Shown: piece by piece, positions 1 to 11,506 of the stretch
Position numbering within the stretch: the first letter of the stretch is position 1
Layout of the letters: each line of letters begins with the position of its first letter
Origin: Vitrella brassicaformis CCMP3155
Lineage: Eukaryota; Protista; Chromerida
Length of the DNA stretch: 64,000 bases
NCBI GenBank assembly: GCA_001179505.1
Contig: CDMY01000266.1
Span: forward strand, 78,313-142,312
Direction: 5' to 3'
Position numbers and translations under genes: made by a program
The notes under the pieces: model-generated
Told to the model about the DNA's origin: nothing
The model's input: the letters and a program-made list of their open reading frames with translations, nothing else
The model's database searches: none

Positions 1-344
1 CTGTCCACACCAACTGCGAAGGCGAGGCCCGAATGAGCAACACCACACGCAGCACCTGCTTAGCCCGCCCAATGAGCAACACCAAGGGGTGGCTCGTGAC
101 CGTGCAACCACAGCAGCCCCACCACCACCACCAGCACCACCACCAGCCCACATCGATGGAGCGTGTGTTGATGGATGTGCCGGGCGACGTCGCTGACCGC
201 GGTAGCGTGACCGCATTGCGAAGGGTCGCTGAATCGCTTTTGGCCAGGGTGGGGGTGCGTGACGGTGCTGTGTTTGTGGCAGAGGGCGAGGGGCTCCGAG
301 GCGGTGGGAGTGTGCGTGCGGTGATGGTGTGCACACCAAGGTGA
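1..344 (+). CDS. Probable 3' end of an upstream gene (hypothetical, His/Gln-rich patch)
   Basis: Frame is open from the window edge to TGA at 342-344 (…QPHHHHQHHHQPTSMERVLMDVPGDV…VCTPR*) and lacks the microsatellites typical of introns here. No family recognised. Confidence 0.35.
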   Translation, partial: VHTNCEGEARMSNTTRSTCLARPMSNTKGWLVTVQPQQPHHHHQHHHQPTSMERVLMDVPGDVADRGSVTALRRVAESLLARVGVRDGAVFVAEGEGLRGGGSVRAVMVCTPR

Positions 345-816
345 TGTGGATGGGGTCGCGCAACGACAGTGCATTGCACGACTGACCATTGGATTGGATC
401 TCATTCAATCGCCGGACACACCGCATTCATTCCATCGACATCGGTCCGGCCGCACGTGCACTCGCATACACAGACACACCCACAAGAGACAGACGCGTCA
501 GACAATTGCAGCCAGCCGCCACTAAGGCATCCAGTCAGCTGATCCAGTCGGTCAGTCACTCTCCCTATAGCAAGGTATCAAAACCCACCCACCCAGCCCA
601 GTCAGTCAGTCAGTCAGTCGAGCGAACGACAGAAAAAGATAGACGCGACACCACAGGACACACTCATGCAGCTAGGTAGGTATGTGTCTGTCTGTCGCTC
701 CCCGCTCAGTTGATTGATTGATTCCCTTTGGCCGCACGCCTGACTATCTGTCCGTCCTACCTCAGCATGCAGCAGACACTCTATCCACTTGTCTGTCTGT
801 CTGTCTGTCGTGTGTG

Positions 817-3800
817 TCATTCTTCCTCATCTTCTTCCTCCATCTGCTGCTGCTGGTGCATGAGCCTGCGTCTCTTGGCCTGGCGCATCCACCGCCCCAT
901 GCGCACCAGCTTGCGGTACTTTGGGGAACACCCACGCATCTCCTCGCGATGCAACTCGTTCAGCTGTAGAAACACACATACACAGACAGACAGAGAGAGG
1001 TCAGTGCATTGGGTCTTGTGCGGTGCGCTGTCTTGTGTGTGTGGTTACGATGGTCCGCAGCAACTGAGCCTTGTCGACACCCATATCCTCATTCTCATCC
1101 TCCCCCTCCCCCTCTCCACCCTCCTCGCCCTCCTGCCCTTCGTCGTCATCCTCATCCTCATCTTCGTCTTCATCCTCATGGCGGCCCGTCTTGACCTCGC
1201 CCAGCATTTCCACCTCAGGAGCGACGGGCGCCGGCTCATATAAGTCGCGCTTGCGCTTGTTGATGTTGCTGGCGGTGGCGCGGGCCTGCTTCTCGGATGT
1301 GGATGGCTTGCTGTCGTCCTTGAGGTGCTTGTCGGACAGGTCGTCTCTGCTCGTCCAGATATGGAATACACATGATGTGTTGTTTGTTGGTTTGTATGGG
1401 TGGGTGAGCGTGTGGGGGATGGGCTGCTTACTCGTCCGATTCCTCTTCCTCCTCGCCCCCTTCTTCCTCCTCTTCATCATCGTTGCTGTCACTGCACACA
1501 CACACATACACACACACACACAGTGGCATGGATTAGTGAATGAATCGATATGCTCCACATCTCCTCTGTGTGACTCACTGACCTCTCGTCCTCATTGATG
1601 TCGAAGTCCGCCAACTCCGCTGCCACCCCCAGGTCCGGCTCCTCCTCCCCCTCCTCCTCCCTTCCCTCCCCTTCATCGTCTAGCTCCTCTACCTCCACAC
1701 CCCCGCGACCCTTGCCGGCCCTCACACCTTTGCGGCCGCCGGTGGGGCCCTCATCCACATCGGGCGCCGGCTTGATGCTGCACACACACACACACACACA
1801 GACACAGAAAGAAAGAGAGAATAAGCAGAAAGGTGTGTGCGTTCATTCTGAATCTGTGCGTGTAGTGGCTGACGTACGTGGTTGTGACGATGTTGACAAT
1901 GGTGCCGTCGGGCAGTTTGCGGACCTCACGCGCGACGGTGTACTCGTGGCCCTGGGCCGTCTGATACTCCGACTCGTCCTTGAACTCTACACACACACAC
2001 ACACACACACACAGGTACACAGACAGGCGCTCTCTCTCTCTCCCGTGTGAATGAGTGTCGTGTGTACCTTCGCTGTCGATGATGTCCTGTATGTGTAGGT
2101 CGTTGAGCGGGCCGCGTATCACCATGTCCGCCTCGTCCTCGTCATCGGCGCCACTGTCGTCATCCTCATCCATGTCGCCATACATATCCCTGCACACACA
2201 CGCAGCACACACATGTCGATCGATGCACGTCGTGACTGACACATGTGCCACGCGCGTGTGCATGTCAGGTGCCTGAGTGTTTCATCTTCGTCTTCGATGG
2301 CATCGTCGTCGAACAGCCCCATCGGGTCGTCATCGGGGTCCTCTTCCTCCTCCTTGTCGTCATCGTCGTCGTCGAACACCAACCTACTGCAGACATCCAC
2401 ACCACACAGAGAGGCTCATGGACCGGTGCATGCGCCATCCTCCAGAGTGTCCCTGCCTCTGTCTGTCTGTCTGTCTGTCTGTCTGGGATTGCGTACGGAC
2501 CGCCCTCTGAAGGTCATGGTGCCACCGTGGTCGTACGCCGCCAGCGCATCGTCGTCGTCCTCATCAGCATCTGCAGTCAGTTGATGCAGTGCAGCACACA
2601 CACATTGCCAGCATGTATATGAGCGAGCGATCGGTCCACGAACAAGTGCATTCCCGCTGACCGTCGTGCTCTTCGTCCTCGTCCTCGTCTTCATCATCGT
2701 CGTCACTGTCGTGCATCATGGCCTTGTGGGACCACTGTGTGGTACGGACACACACACACACACACACAATTCCCATCCATCCATCCACTCCAGATGTGTC
2801 TTCCTTCCCGTAGTTACGTGGAAGATGTCGTCATCGTGGTCGAAGTCCTCGTCGTCCATGCCGTCGCGGCCACGCTCCTCACGAACTATCTCTGATGGAC
2901 GGACCAGGCATTCGATGAGCCATTAAATGCAATGCATTCTCTCTGTGTGTGGGTATGGTAAGACGACCTTCGATTTCGTCCTCTTCGTTGCCCTCACCCT
3001 GGCCCTCGGGCGCAGCAGTGCCGCCAACTGACAACACAGACAGAGAATTGGGGCATGAGATGGCAGGTGTGTGTGTGTGTGTGTGTGCGTGGCCTGGTCC
3101 TGTGCACCCTTCTCCTTGGTCTCTTCCTCCTCGTCGGGATGCTGCTCGTCGTCGCCTTCACCGGCACCCCCATATTCCTCGCCCAACGCATCCCTGACAG
3201 ACCGCAGACACAGTGGATGGTGGCACTGTAGGTCTGTGTGCGTTGCATCATGCTGCCTGTGTGGGAGAGAGGTGGGTGTGTGTCGTTACTTGAGTTCCTC
3301 TGTGTTGTCCTCCTCTGCCTCCTCGTCGACAAACGCCGCCGCTAAGTAGGGAAGGGACACATCACATCACACGAACCAAACAGACATATCCATGGAGGGT
3401 GCGGTCTTCTGTCTGGCTGTCTGGCTGCCTGGCTGCCTGGCTGTCTGTCTGTCTGTCTGTCTGTCTGTGAGCCTCTGACCTGCCCGGCGCGCCTTCTTGA
3501 GCCGATGCCGCTTCTCCTTGCGCTTCTCCTTGCGCCCGGCACGGAGGACCACTAACTCGTAGTCCTCACCCTCGTCAGCCTCACCATCACCCTCTTGCTG
3601 CTGCTCTGCTGTGTTGTCATGCTCCTCCTCATGGTCTTTCTCTGATACTTCGTAGTCGTCGTCATCGTCATCGTCCAGCACCCTCTGTCAGTCATGAAAC
3701 GGATGGGCACCACAGCACAACACAGCAGAGCAACAAGTGTATGGGTGTGGGTGTGGGCTGCGGATGGCCCGCTGACTCACCCGTTTGTTGTGTTTCTTGC

Positions 3801-4737
3801 CGATGACGTCCTCCTCGCTCTCCACCGACGCACCGTCAGACTGCCCACCGAACTGCAGATGAATGGACGTCACACACATGCACCCACAGCACACACAGAC
3901 ATTCGTCCTCTCATGTGACTCGTGTGAGTGTGGGCGGTCGCTCACCGGTTTGTCGGCGGTGCGCGTATCTTGGTGGTATTTGTCGCGCATCGCGTTGGCC
4001 ATGAGGGTATCCAGGTGTGTGCCGTTGAGGGGGGGGGGTGGGGGAGGCGCCGCGTCCTCATGCTCATCTTCCACCTGCAACTCGTCCTCTTCCCTGCCGC
4101 AGACAGACAGACAGACAGACAGCATCCACACGTGGGCATCTTCTGCTTCTGCAGCTTGTGTGGATCGGGTGAGCTCACTCACCTGTTGTGGTCGTGGCCC
4201 GCCACGCTGTCGTATATCTCCCGAGCGTTCACCCCCAACATGAGCACATCCAGGTCGCCACCCTCACGCTTCTCCACCTGCCATAACATCACAGACAGAC
4301 AGACAGACAGTCAGAAAGTCAGACTCATGCATCTATGTGTGTGTGGATCCATCCATGTAAGTGCGTGTGGGTACCTCTTCTTTGAGCCCTCCCCACTCGC
4401 CTTCGTCGTAGGCGTACCGTCTGTTGGGGCTGGAGAGGATGCTGTACGCCCGGGCCAGGGCGCTGAACTCGCCCTCGTCGCCCGCCGAGCCATCGGGGTG
4501 GCACCTACACAACCCATCCAACCAACCAGACCCACAGAGATCACAAATGCGTGTGTGGAGGGGCTCGGACAGACACACACACGCCTCACACACCCGCATG
4601 CATCTGTGCCCCTGGCTGAGTGTTCCGGGCCCTCACTTGGTGGCTCGCTCCTTGTAGGCCTCCAGTATCTCCTCGGTCGATGACCACCTGTCAATGCCCA
4701 GTGCGGTGTACAAGCAAAAGCGCTCGTGGTCATCCAT
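817..4737 (-). CDS. DnaJ-domain protein with long Asp/Glu-rich low-complexity tail (about 17 exons)
   Basis: ATG at 4737 gives MDDHERFCLYTALGIDRWSSTEEILEAYKERATK, spliced (intron 4636-4505) to CHPD…EFSALARAYSILSSPNRRYAYD, a J-domain with HPD. Successive acidic exons between microsatellite introns end at QQQQQMEEEEDEEE* (TGA 817-819). Confidence 0.8.
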
Positions 4738-4819
4738 CTTCTCAGTTGAGCTTGCCGTCAGGCCGCCTAGGGCGCTCCCTGAAACCGCTGCCCAGTTCGC
4801 CAAATCAGGGCAGCAACAC

Positions 4820-7297
4820 ATGCTCCTTGCCAGTCATCTACTGCTGCTGCTGTCCGCATCGCCACAAACCACAATTATTCGACACTCATCATCGCCATCT
4901 CTCCGCATGTCGATGGCATCATCGTCCCCATTCCGCTACGTGTACCTGCACGGCTGGCTGAGCGGCCCGCAGAGCTTCAAGGGCACCTTCTTGAAAGACA
5001 AGCTCAGCCCCCTCGGTATCGACTTGCAACTCATCGACCTCAACAGAGGGAAGCCGCCGGGCCAGATGACGTATGACGGGGCGCTGATTGCCGTCGATGA
5101 GGTGTGGGAGAGGGAGGCGGGGGCACATGGCGAAGGGGAGGTCAAGCTGCGGCTGATCGGGTCATCGCTTGGCGGCTACTTCGCTGGTCGGTGGGTGGAT
5201 CTGCGTGTGTGTGTGTGCGTGTGTTGCCATGCATCCGTCCATCCATCCATCGAGTGCTCTCTGTGTGTGCTGTGTGTGTGAATGTCAGCGCGCTATGCGG
5301 AGCTGCATCCCAACCGTGTGGACAGGATGGTGCTGCTCTGCCCGGCCTTCGACTTCCACAACCAGTTCAGAAAACTCACAGGAGAGGTACACACACACAC
5401 ACACACACACACCCCTCTGACTTCGTCTGTCTGTCTGTCTGCCAGAACACAGTGTTCGGCCCGCCTGACATGGACGGATGGCAGTCGGCGGGCAGCCGCC
5501 CCTTCCCGATGCCCGACGGCTCTCTGGTCGACGTCCCCTTCTCGTTCGTCGATGGCGCGCGGGGCCACCACGCCTTCCCGCTGTACCTCTGCCCCACCAC
5601 CATCATCCACGGGCTCGACGACGAGATCATCCCCGTCGACACCACCAAACAGTTCTGGGAAACGGTGAGTCAGTTGCCGAGTGACGTGAATGCCTGCCTG
5701 GGTCGATGGATGTCCATGCTGTTCTCTGTCTGTCTGTCTGTGTGTGTGTGTGTGTGTCTGTGTGTGTCTGTGTGTCGGTCGGTCGGTCGGTTGATCAGCA
5801 CGAGGATCAGGGTGAGGTGACCTCTCTGCTGCTGGTGCCCGACCAACACGCCCTCACGGCCCCCAACACCCTCTCCCTCACACTCAAGACCATCACCGAC
5901 TTCTTCAGACTCTCTCACACAAACAAGCAGCAGCAGCAGCAGCAGCAGCAGGATCAGGCCCCCCCACCAGCAGCAGCAGCAGCAGCAGTCGCAGCAGCAA
6001 TGATAGAAGTAGAGCGCAAGTTTCCGATGCTGGACGAGAGCGACCTGGAGAGGGCGATAGAGAGGGAGGGGGGGCAGCTGGTGGGCGAGCAGGCTTTTGT
6101 CGACACCTACTTCGACTGGGAGGGGTACCCCCTGACGCTGCACAACTGCTGGCTCAGGAGACGGGCAGGGCTCTGGGAACTCAAGACACCGAGGGGCGTT
6201 ACGGTATGCATGCTACTGGCCCACTGTGTGTGTTTTGTGTGTGATCGATGTCATGTGTGTGCTGATTGATTGACAGAAGGAGGGCGGCGATCAGTACAGT
6301 GGTCATGAGGGGGAGGGCAGGCTCGCCATATTCGAGGAAGAGCTCGATGAAGACAAAATAGTCCAATACCTCAAGGTAGTGTGTGTAGAGGGATACATGG
6401 GTGACGACCCACACACACATTCACACACACACTGTATCTGTGTGTTCTTCTCACACAGACTCACTTTGCTGACCACATGACTTCCGACGACCTCAAGACA
6501 GCCGTCGCCGAGGAGACCCCAGGCGGCGGAACACGAGCCGGGCTGCAGGCCTTCTGCCACGTACACAAGCGCACGTGTCACACGCAAAGATCCTGGTGGT
6601 GACGTGTGTGATGCATGTGTGTGTGTGTGTACTAGTATGGCACGAACCGGCGCAAGTATGTGGCGGGCGACCCAGCTATCACCATTGATGTCGACTCGGC
6701 GTCATTTGGCTACGGGTGAGTGAGCGAGCGAGTTGGTGAGATGGACAGACAGAAACAGCCCGCCCATGGACATCTGTGTGCAAATCAATAGGTGTGTTGA
6801 GCTGGAGCGCATGTGTGTGTCCGACGAGGAGACGGCCGCAGCCACACGGGACATCGACAGCATGGCCAAGCGACTCAACCTGGCCTCATCTATCGCCCAA
6901 ACAGGCGAACACGCCCCTGCGCCTCAGTCAGCGCCCCAGCCGTCCGCGGACGGGCGCAAACTGTCTTTGGGCCTGCCTTCCAGCGGCCCCCTGTCGCTCG
7001 GCATACCGCTCAGAGGAGAGCCCGAGAGCCCCCCACCAAGGTACACCACACACACAGAGAGAGAGAGAGAGGGAGATTGCTGTGCGTGTGCAGTCGTTGA
7101 TTGCCTCTATGCTCTTCTGTGTGTTGTGATTGTGCGCATGTGTCTGCAGGGGTGTGGGAGGTGGGCTGCCTTTGGGTTCGCAGGGCGGCCCGCACCGGGC
7201 GGCCATGTCGGTGCAGCGCGGCAAGCTGGAGGAGTGGATAAGGAGATACTCGCCGCAGCACTTCGACCTCCTCAAAGACGCCAAGATATTCCAATAA
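4820..7297 (+). CDS. YqiA/UPF0227-like alpha/beta hydrolase fused to CYTH-family thiamine triphosphatase (THTPA-like)
   Basis: Esterase motifs: YLHGWLSGPQSFK, GSSLGG (Ser), IIHGLDDEIIP (Asp), VPDQHAL (His). These run in frame through a polyQ/polyA linker into MIEVERKF…VDTYFD…WLRRRAGLWELKTP, then IDVDSASFGYGCVELE and GKLEEWIRRYSPQHF…FQ* (TAA 7295-7297). Start may be 4820 (hydrophobic leader) or 4907. Confidence 0.85.
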
Positions 7298-7977
7298 CCT
7301 AGGAATGCGATAGACAGACAGACAGAGAGACATGTAGATGAGTAGGGATGGATGGACATGACATGCGGCTGGGGCTAGCTATTCTCTGCCATGGGTTGTT
7401 TGTTTTTTTGCGGGATGGGATTATCCCGCAGCCTAGGCCTCCCTCGCTGTTTTTCTTATGGAATGGGGAACGGGTACGTGTGATACATGTACCATATGAG
7501 AGCGAGGGTAGGGGAGTTGTGCGTTGATGATTGGTCTCAGTCGGTTTGTGTGAGTTTTGCAGCTGAAGGGATGGATGGATGGATGGATGGACACACAGAC
7601 AAGCGAGGGAGGCAGGTAGGGTCTCTCTTGGTTCTCCATTGTCTGTGGCGTGTTTTGAGTGAGTCTGTGTGCGTCTCCATTTGACTAGTGTGTAAGTCTC
7701 TTGTAAAGGGGGTGTGTTAAACTAGATGTTAAAGGCACATGGAGCTGAATTCTGTCGGTACTGTCAACAATCCTTCACTTGAATGCAACCAAGGAAAGCG
7801 GCAGAACGCCTGCCGCCGCACCGCCCCTGCGCGAGCTTGAAACGATCTTGTGGCTCCAGAAAGGAGTCATCGGATGAGCCGCTGTGTGCATGGTGATGCT
7901 GATGGGCTGATACCTCTGGATCCAGACGCAGCTATCTGCCGTGATCTGTCGTGATCTGCCCGTTGCGAGGCAGATCA

Positions 7978-7990
7978 GCCTGTTGCAGAT
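7978..7990. repeat. Target-site duplication, left copy (GCCTGTTGCAGAT)
   Basis: Identical to 8960-8972 and directly abuts the 3' end of the retroelement. Confidence 0.85.
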
Positions 7991-8959
7991 GGGGGGGGGG
8001 AGAAACTGTCATTAACCGTAACACTCGTCTGTGTGTCCGTGATACTCATACAAATACAGTCCCATCAGCACGCAGAGTCAAACAGGCTCAAGGGGAGGAG
8101 GGATCAATCCCCGCCCCATCAGCACACCCCAGTCCCGCAAACCCTCCCCTCCCTCCCCCACGCAGACAGAAGCTAGTCGCACGCGCGAGGGCGATAGACA
8201 AGCGAGAGCGAATCCATCCAGACACATGACTGAACCCCCGACCCTTCCACCCCTCCTTTTCCAACAGCGCATGAGCCATGTGGGCGATGAACACGTTGGC
8301 ATCGTGTCCCCACACACCGTCACACGTCACCACCAGAGGGCAGAAGGTCACGCGGGAGTCGCAGACGGCCGAGCGGTATTTCTTCTTCTTGGCGGTCTCG
8401 TGCTGCTTCAGGATGGACTTGGTCGATCGGTTCTTGGAAGCGTAAGACGTTGCGTCAGGATCCGTAATACAGATGTCAAACGACGCAGCCGCCTGCCGCT
8501 CCCACACGCCCCNNNNNNNNNNNNNNNNNNNNNNNNNNNNNNNNNNNNNNNNNNNNNNNNNNNNNNNNNNNNNNNNNNNNNNNNNNNNNNNNNNNNNNNN
8601 NNNNNNNNNNNNNNNNNNNNNNNNNNNNNNNNNNNNNNNNNNNNNNNNNNNNNNNNNNNNNNNNNNNNNNNNNNNNNNNNNNNNNNNNNNNNNNNNNNNN
8701 NNNNNNNNNNNNNNNNNNNNNNNNNNNNNNNNNNNNNNNNNNNNNNNNNNNNNNNNNNNNNNNNNNNNNNNNNNNNNNNNNNNNNNNNNNNNNNNNNNNN
8801 NNNNNNNNNNNNAGAGCGCACTCGTCGGTGAGCACGACACGAAAGACGTAGTCCCACTCCATCTGCAGAGACCTCGCCATTGCCGCGTGGGCCGTGTGTG
8901 GGAAGTTGCGGGCAGCAGACATGAGCGCGCGCACGCCGCGCACCCACCCCTCGCCCCTC
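7991..8959 (-). mobile_element. 5'-truncated CRE-clade-like non-LTR retrotransposon (end of RT/thumb region plus restriction-like endonuclease), interrupted by an N gap
   Basis: GWVRGVRALMSAARNFPHTAHAAMARSLQMEWDYVFRV (8950-8815) and GVWERQAAASFDICITDPDATSY…HETAKKKKY…FCPLVVTCDGVWG…SGWIRSRLSIALARATSFCLRG (8512-8088) match the conserved C-terminus of CRE-type elements. Flanked by a 13-bp direct repeat. Confidence 0.85.
8513..8812. other. Assembly gap (300 N)
   Basis: Run of N inside the retroelement. Confidence 1.
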
Positions 8960-8972
8960 GCCTGTTGCAGAT
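8960..8972. repeat. Target-site duplication, right copy (GCCTGTTGCAGAT)
   Basis: Identical to 7978-7990 and lies exactly where retroelement protein similarity stops. Confidence 0.85.
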
Positions 8973-9022
8973 TGACTGATTGACTGCTGATTCTCTGATT
9001 GATTGAGGCGGTGGTTTGCGCT

Positions 9023-11055
9023 ATGAAGGTGACGGCGAGCCTCATTGTGCGGTTTTCCCTCTTCCTCATCGTCTACTGCGCCCAGCCTCTCGTTCTCGAC
9101 ATGCTCAAGTTCCAAGGCGCAGCCAGTGTGAGTGAGCAGGGGCATATGCACAGGCTGCAGATCTGAAGGCTCCCCATGTGCATGTGTCTGTGTCTGTGTG
9201 TGTTGATTTGTGTTGTGCAGCCCTCCACCTTCTTGTATCTGTTGCCGCATTACTTGGCTATGGTGCCGGTGGGATTCTTCCCGACAGAGAAGAAATTCAG
9301 GTCAGCGCGAGTATGGGACTCCGAGGCAGTTAGGCAGACAGGGAGGCAGAAATGGCACATCGTGGATCTGCCGCTGTTGCTGTGGCTGTTGTGTATGAAT
9401 GTGTGTGTGGTTCCAGTGAGTGCAATTGGTGGAAGGCGGCTGTCGTCAGTTTTCTCGATGTGCTCCACCAGCTCGCCGAGAAAGGTGCAGAAGAATGATT
9501 ACTAGACAGATTGACACACTGCATAGCATAGCGTACTTGCCTGTGTGTGTGTGTCTGTGTATGTGTGCATGTCTGTGCCAGCTGGTTTGGTGTACGCCGG
9601 TTCAGCCGTGTACATAGTCATCGGCAGCAGCTCCATCGTCTGGACGGCCGTCCTCTCGGTGCTCATACTCAAAAGGTCTTACACAACCGCACAGGTACCT
9701 ACCTATTTACACACACACCCACGCAGGCCAGTGCAACAGAGCCCTACTTGTGAGTGAGACCCACTATGTTCTTTGTGTGTGTCTGTGTACTGCGTGTCGT
9801 CTCAGTGGTGCGGCATCCTGTTAATCTGTGTGGGTTTGTGCAGCCGTGCGCTGACGCTCAATTTCAGCATCGAGGATGAGGAGTTCTTCGGAGTGCTGCT
9901 CGTCCTGCCGTCAGCCATACTGGTGGGTGAGCGGTGAAAGGATGGGTGTGGACAGGACATGGCGTGTCTGTCTGGTGTGGTGTGGTCTGATGAATGGCTG
10001 GCTGTATGTATGGCTGTATGTATGTGTGGTTAGCATGCGTTGTCGTTTGTGGTGTATGAGAAGTACCTCCATGGAGCTGACGCGATTCCGGGGACCAAAC
10101 TGACCGGACTCATGGGGTAAGCGCCAGCTGGGTAATGGGGCGGGCAGCTGCATGGTATCCAACGGTCGAGCTGTCTCTCTCTGTATGTATGTGTGTGTGT
10201 CATGGGTCTTAGGATAATGTGTGCGGCGGTGCTGTTGGTGTGGACAGGGGTGTGGACGGTCCCGCGGTTCGACACCCTCGTCATCGCAAACATCAAAGAC
10301 AAAGGCGGAAGCATATCGGTCAGTCAGTCAGGGATACATCCACAGCACATTGAGCTTACTTACTGTCTGTGTGTGTGTGTGTGTGTGTGTAGGTGATAGT
10401 GTTGGGTTTCATCTTGTTGTATTTTGTGTGCTTCATCCGAGCGAGTGTGCTGTGGTGGATCATCAAGTCACTCGGGGCAGTCTCGGCCGGCATTCTAAAG
10501 GCAAGCAAGAACAACACCACCACCCCACACACGGCTGTCTGTCTGTCTGTCTGTCCGTATGTCTGTCTGTGTGCAGGGCATCCGCACGGCCACCGTGTTC
10601 ATTATGGGACACGTGTTGTTTTGTCACCTGCAGCCATCGCAGTGCCTCACGCCGCCCAAGGCACTCGCTGCATCCATCGTACGCTCTTCTTGATGCGATG
10701 CCAACCAATCTTTCGGCACACCCACATGGATGTGTGTGTGTGTGTGTGTCAGTGTGTGCTGGGCGTCATAGTCTATTCTGTGTCGACCATCAGCGAGAAA
10801 CAGAGGGAAGATGAGCATAAGCCGAGCAGCAAAGACGCAATCAAGGTGAGAGCCCACGAACACGCACACTCCATCACACACAGACTCCGCCACCTGTTCC
10901 ATCCCTCCCTCTCTGTGTGTGTGTGTGTGAAGGAACGTCTGATCGAGTCAGCTGAGGCGGGCCGGACACTGCCCGCCCCATCGGACAACAACAGCACCCC
11001 GTCGGCCAAGAAGTGGAAAGCCACACCCTTGGGCGGCTCATTCGCCAACCTCTGA
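9023..11055 (+). CDS. DMT-superfamily (nucleotide-sugar transporter/SLC35-like) multi-pass transporter
   Basis: Spliced product MKVTASLIVRFSLFLIVYCAQPLVLDMLK…AGLVYAGSAVYIVIGSSSIVWTAVLSVLILKRSYTTAQWCGILLICVG…WWIIKSLGAVSAGILKGIRTATVFIMGHVLFC…GGSFANL* has about 10 hydrophobic segments and the DMT-like 'S.IVWTAVLS..ILKR' motif. Confidence 0.8.
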
Positions 11056-11506
11056 TATATGACCTGGGGGGGCTGGGGAGGGGAGGGGAGGGGAGGGGGA
11101 AGTAGCTGCGCTGCGCTGCGCTGCGTGTGTGAGTGTTTGTTGGTGTAGATATTGACACAGCCGGCCGGCCACGCACTCGCTTAATTGTGTGTAGAGAGAG
11201 GAGACAGACAGACAGACAGACGCCTGAGAGATGGATGGGAGCGTATTGGTTTCGGTCAGCCAAGGCAGCAGCAACTGGGAGGGCGTTTTAATGCCTCTGA
11301 CTGATTAGTGAGTGACCGATCGGATCGATCGCAGTGCACAGACATTCTCAGTGGTGACTGACGTTCGTTGTCCATTCAATGGTGACTGACTGACAGGCAG
11401 ACAGGCACACGTCCAAACGTCCAACCAAACAAGAGAATTCGCGACATCCATCCATCCATCCATCCATCGGCCCATAGCCATATAGTCCACACACACGCAC
11501 ACTGTC

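Noticed and set aside
8088-9250. Long ORFs spanning 8513-8812 (and those over 29416-29715 and 62856-63155)
   Set aside because: Their length is an artefact of translating N runs; only the flanking real sequence was used.
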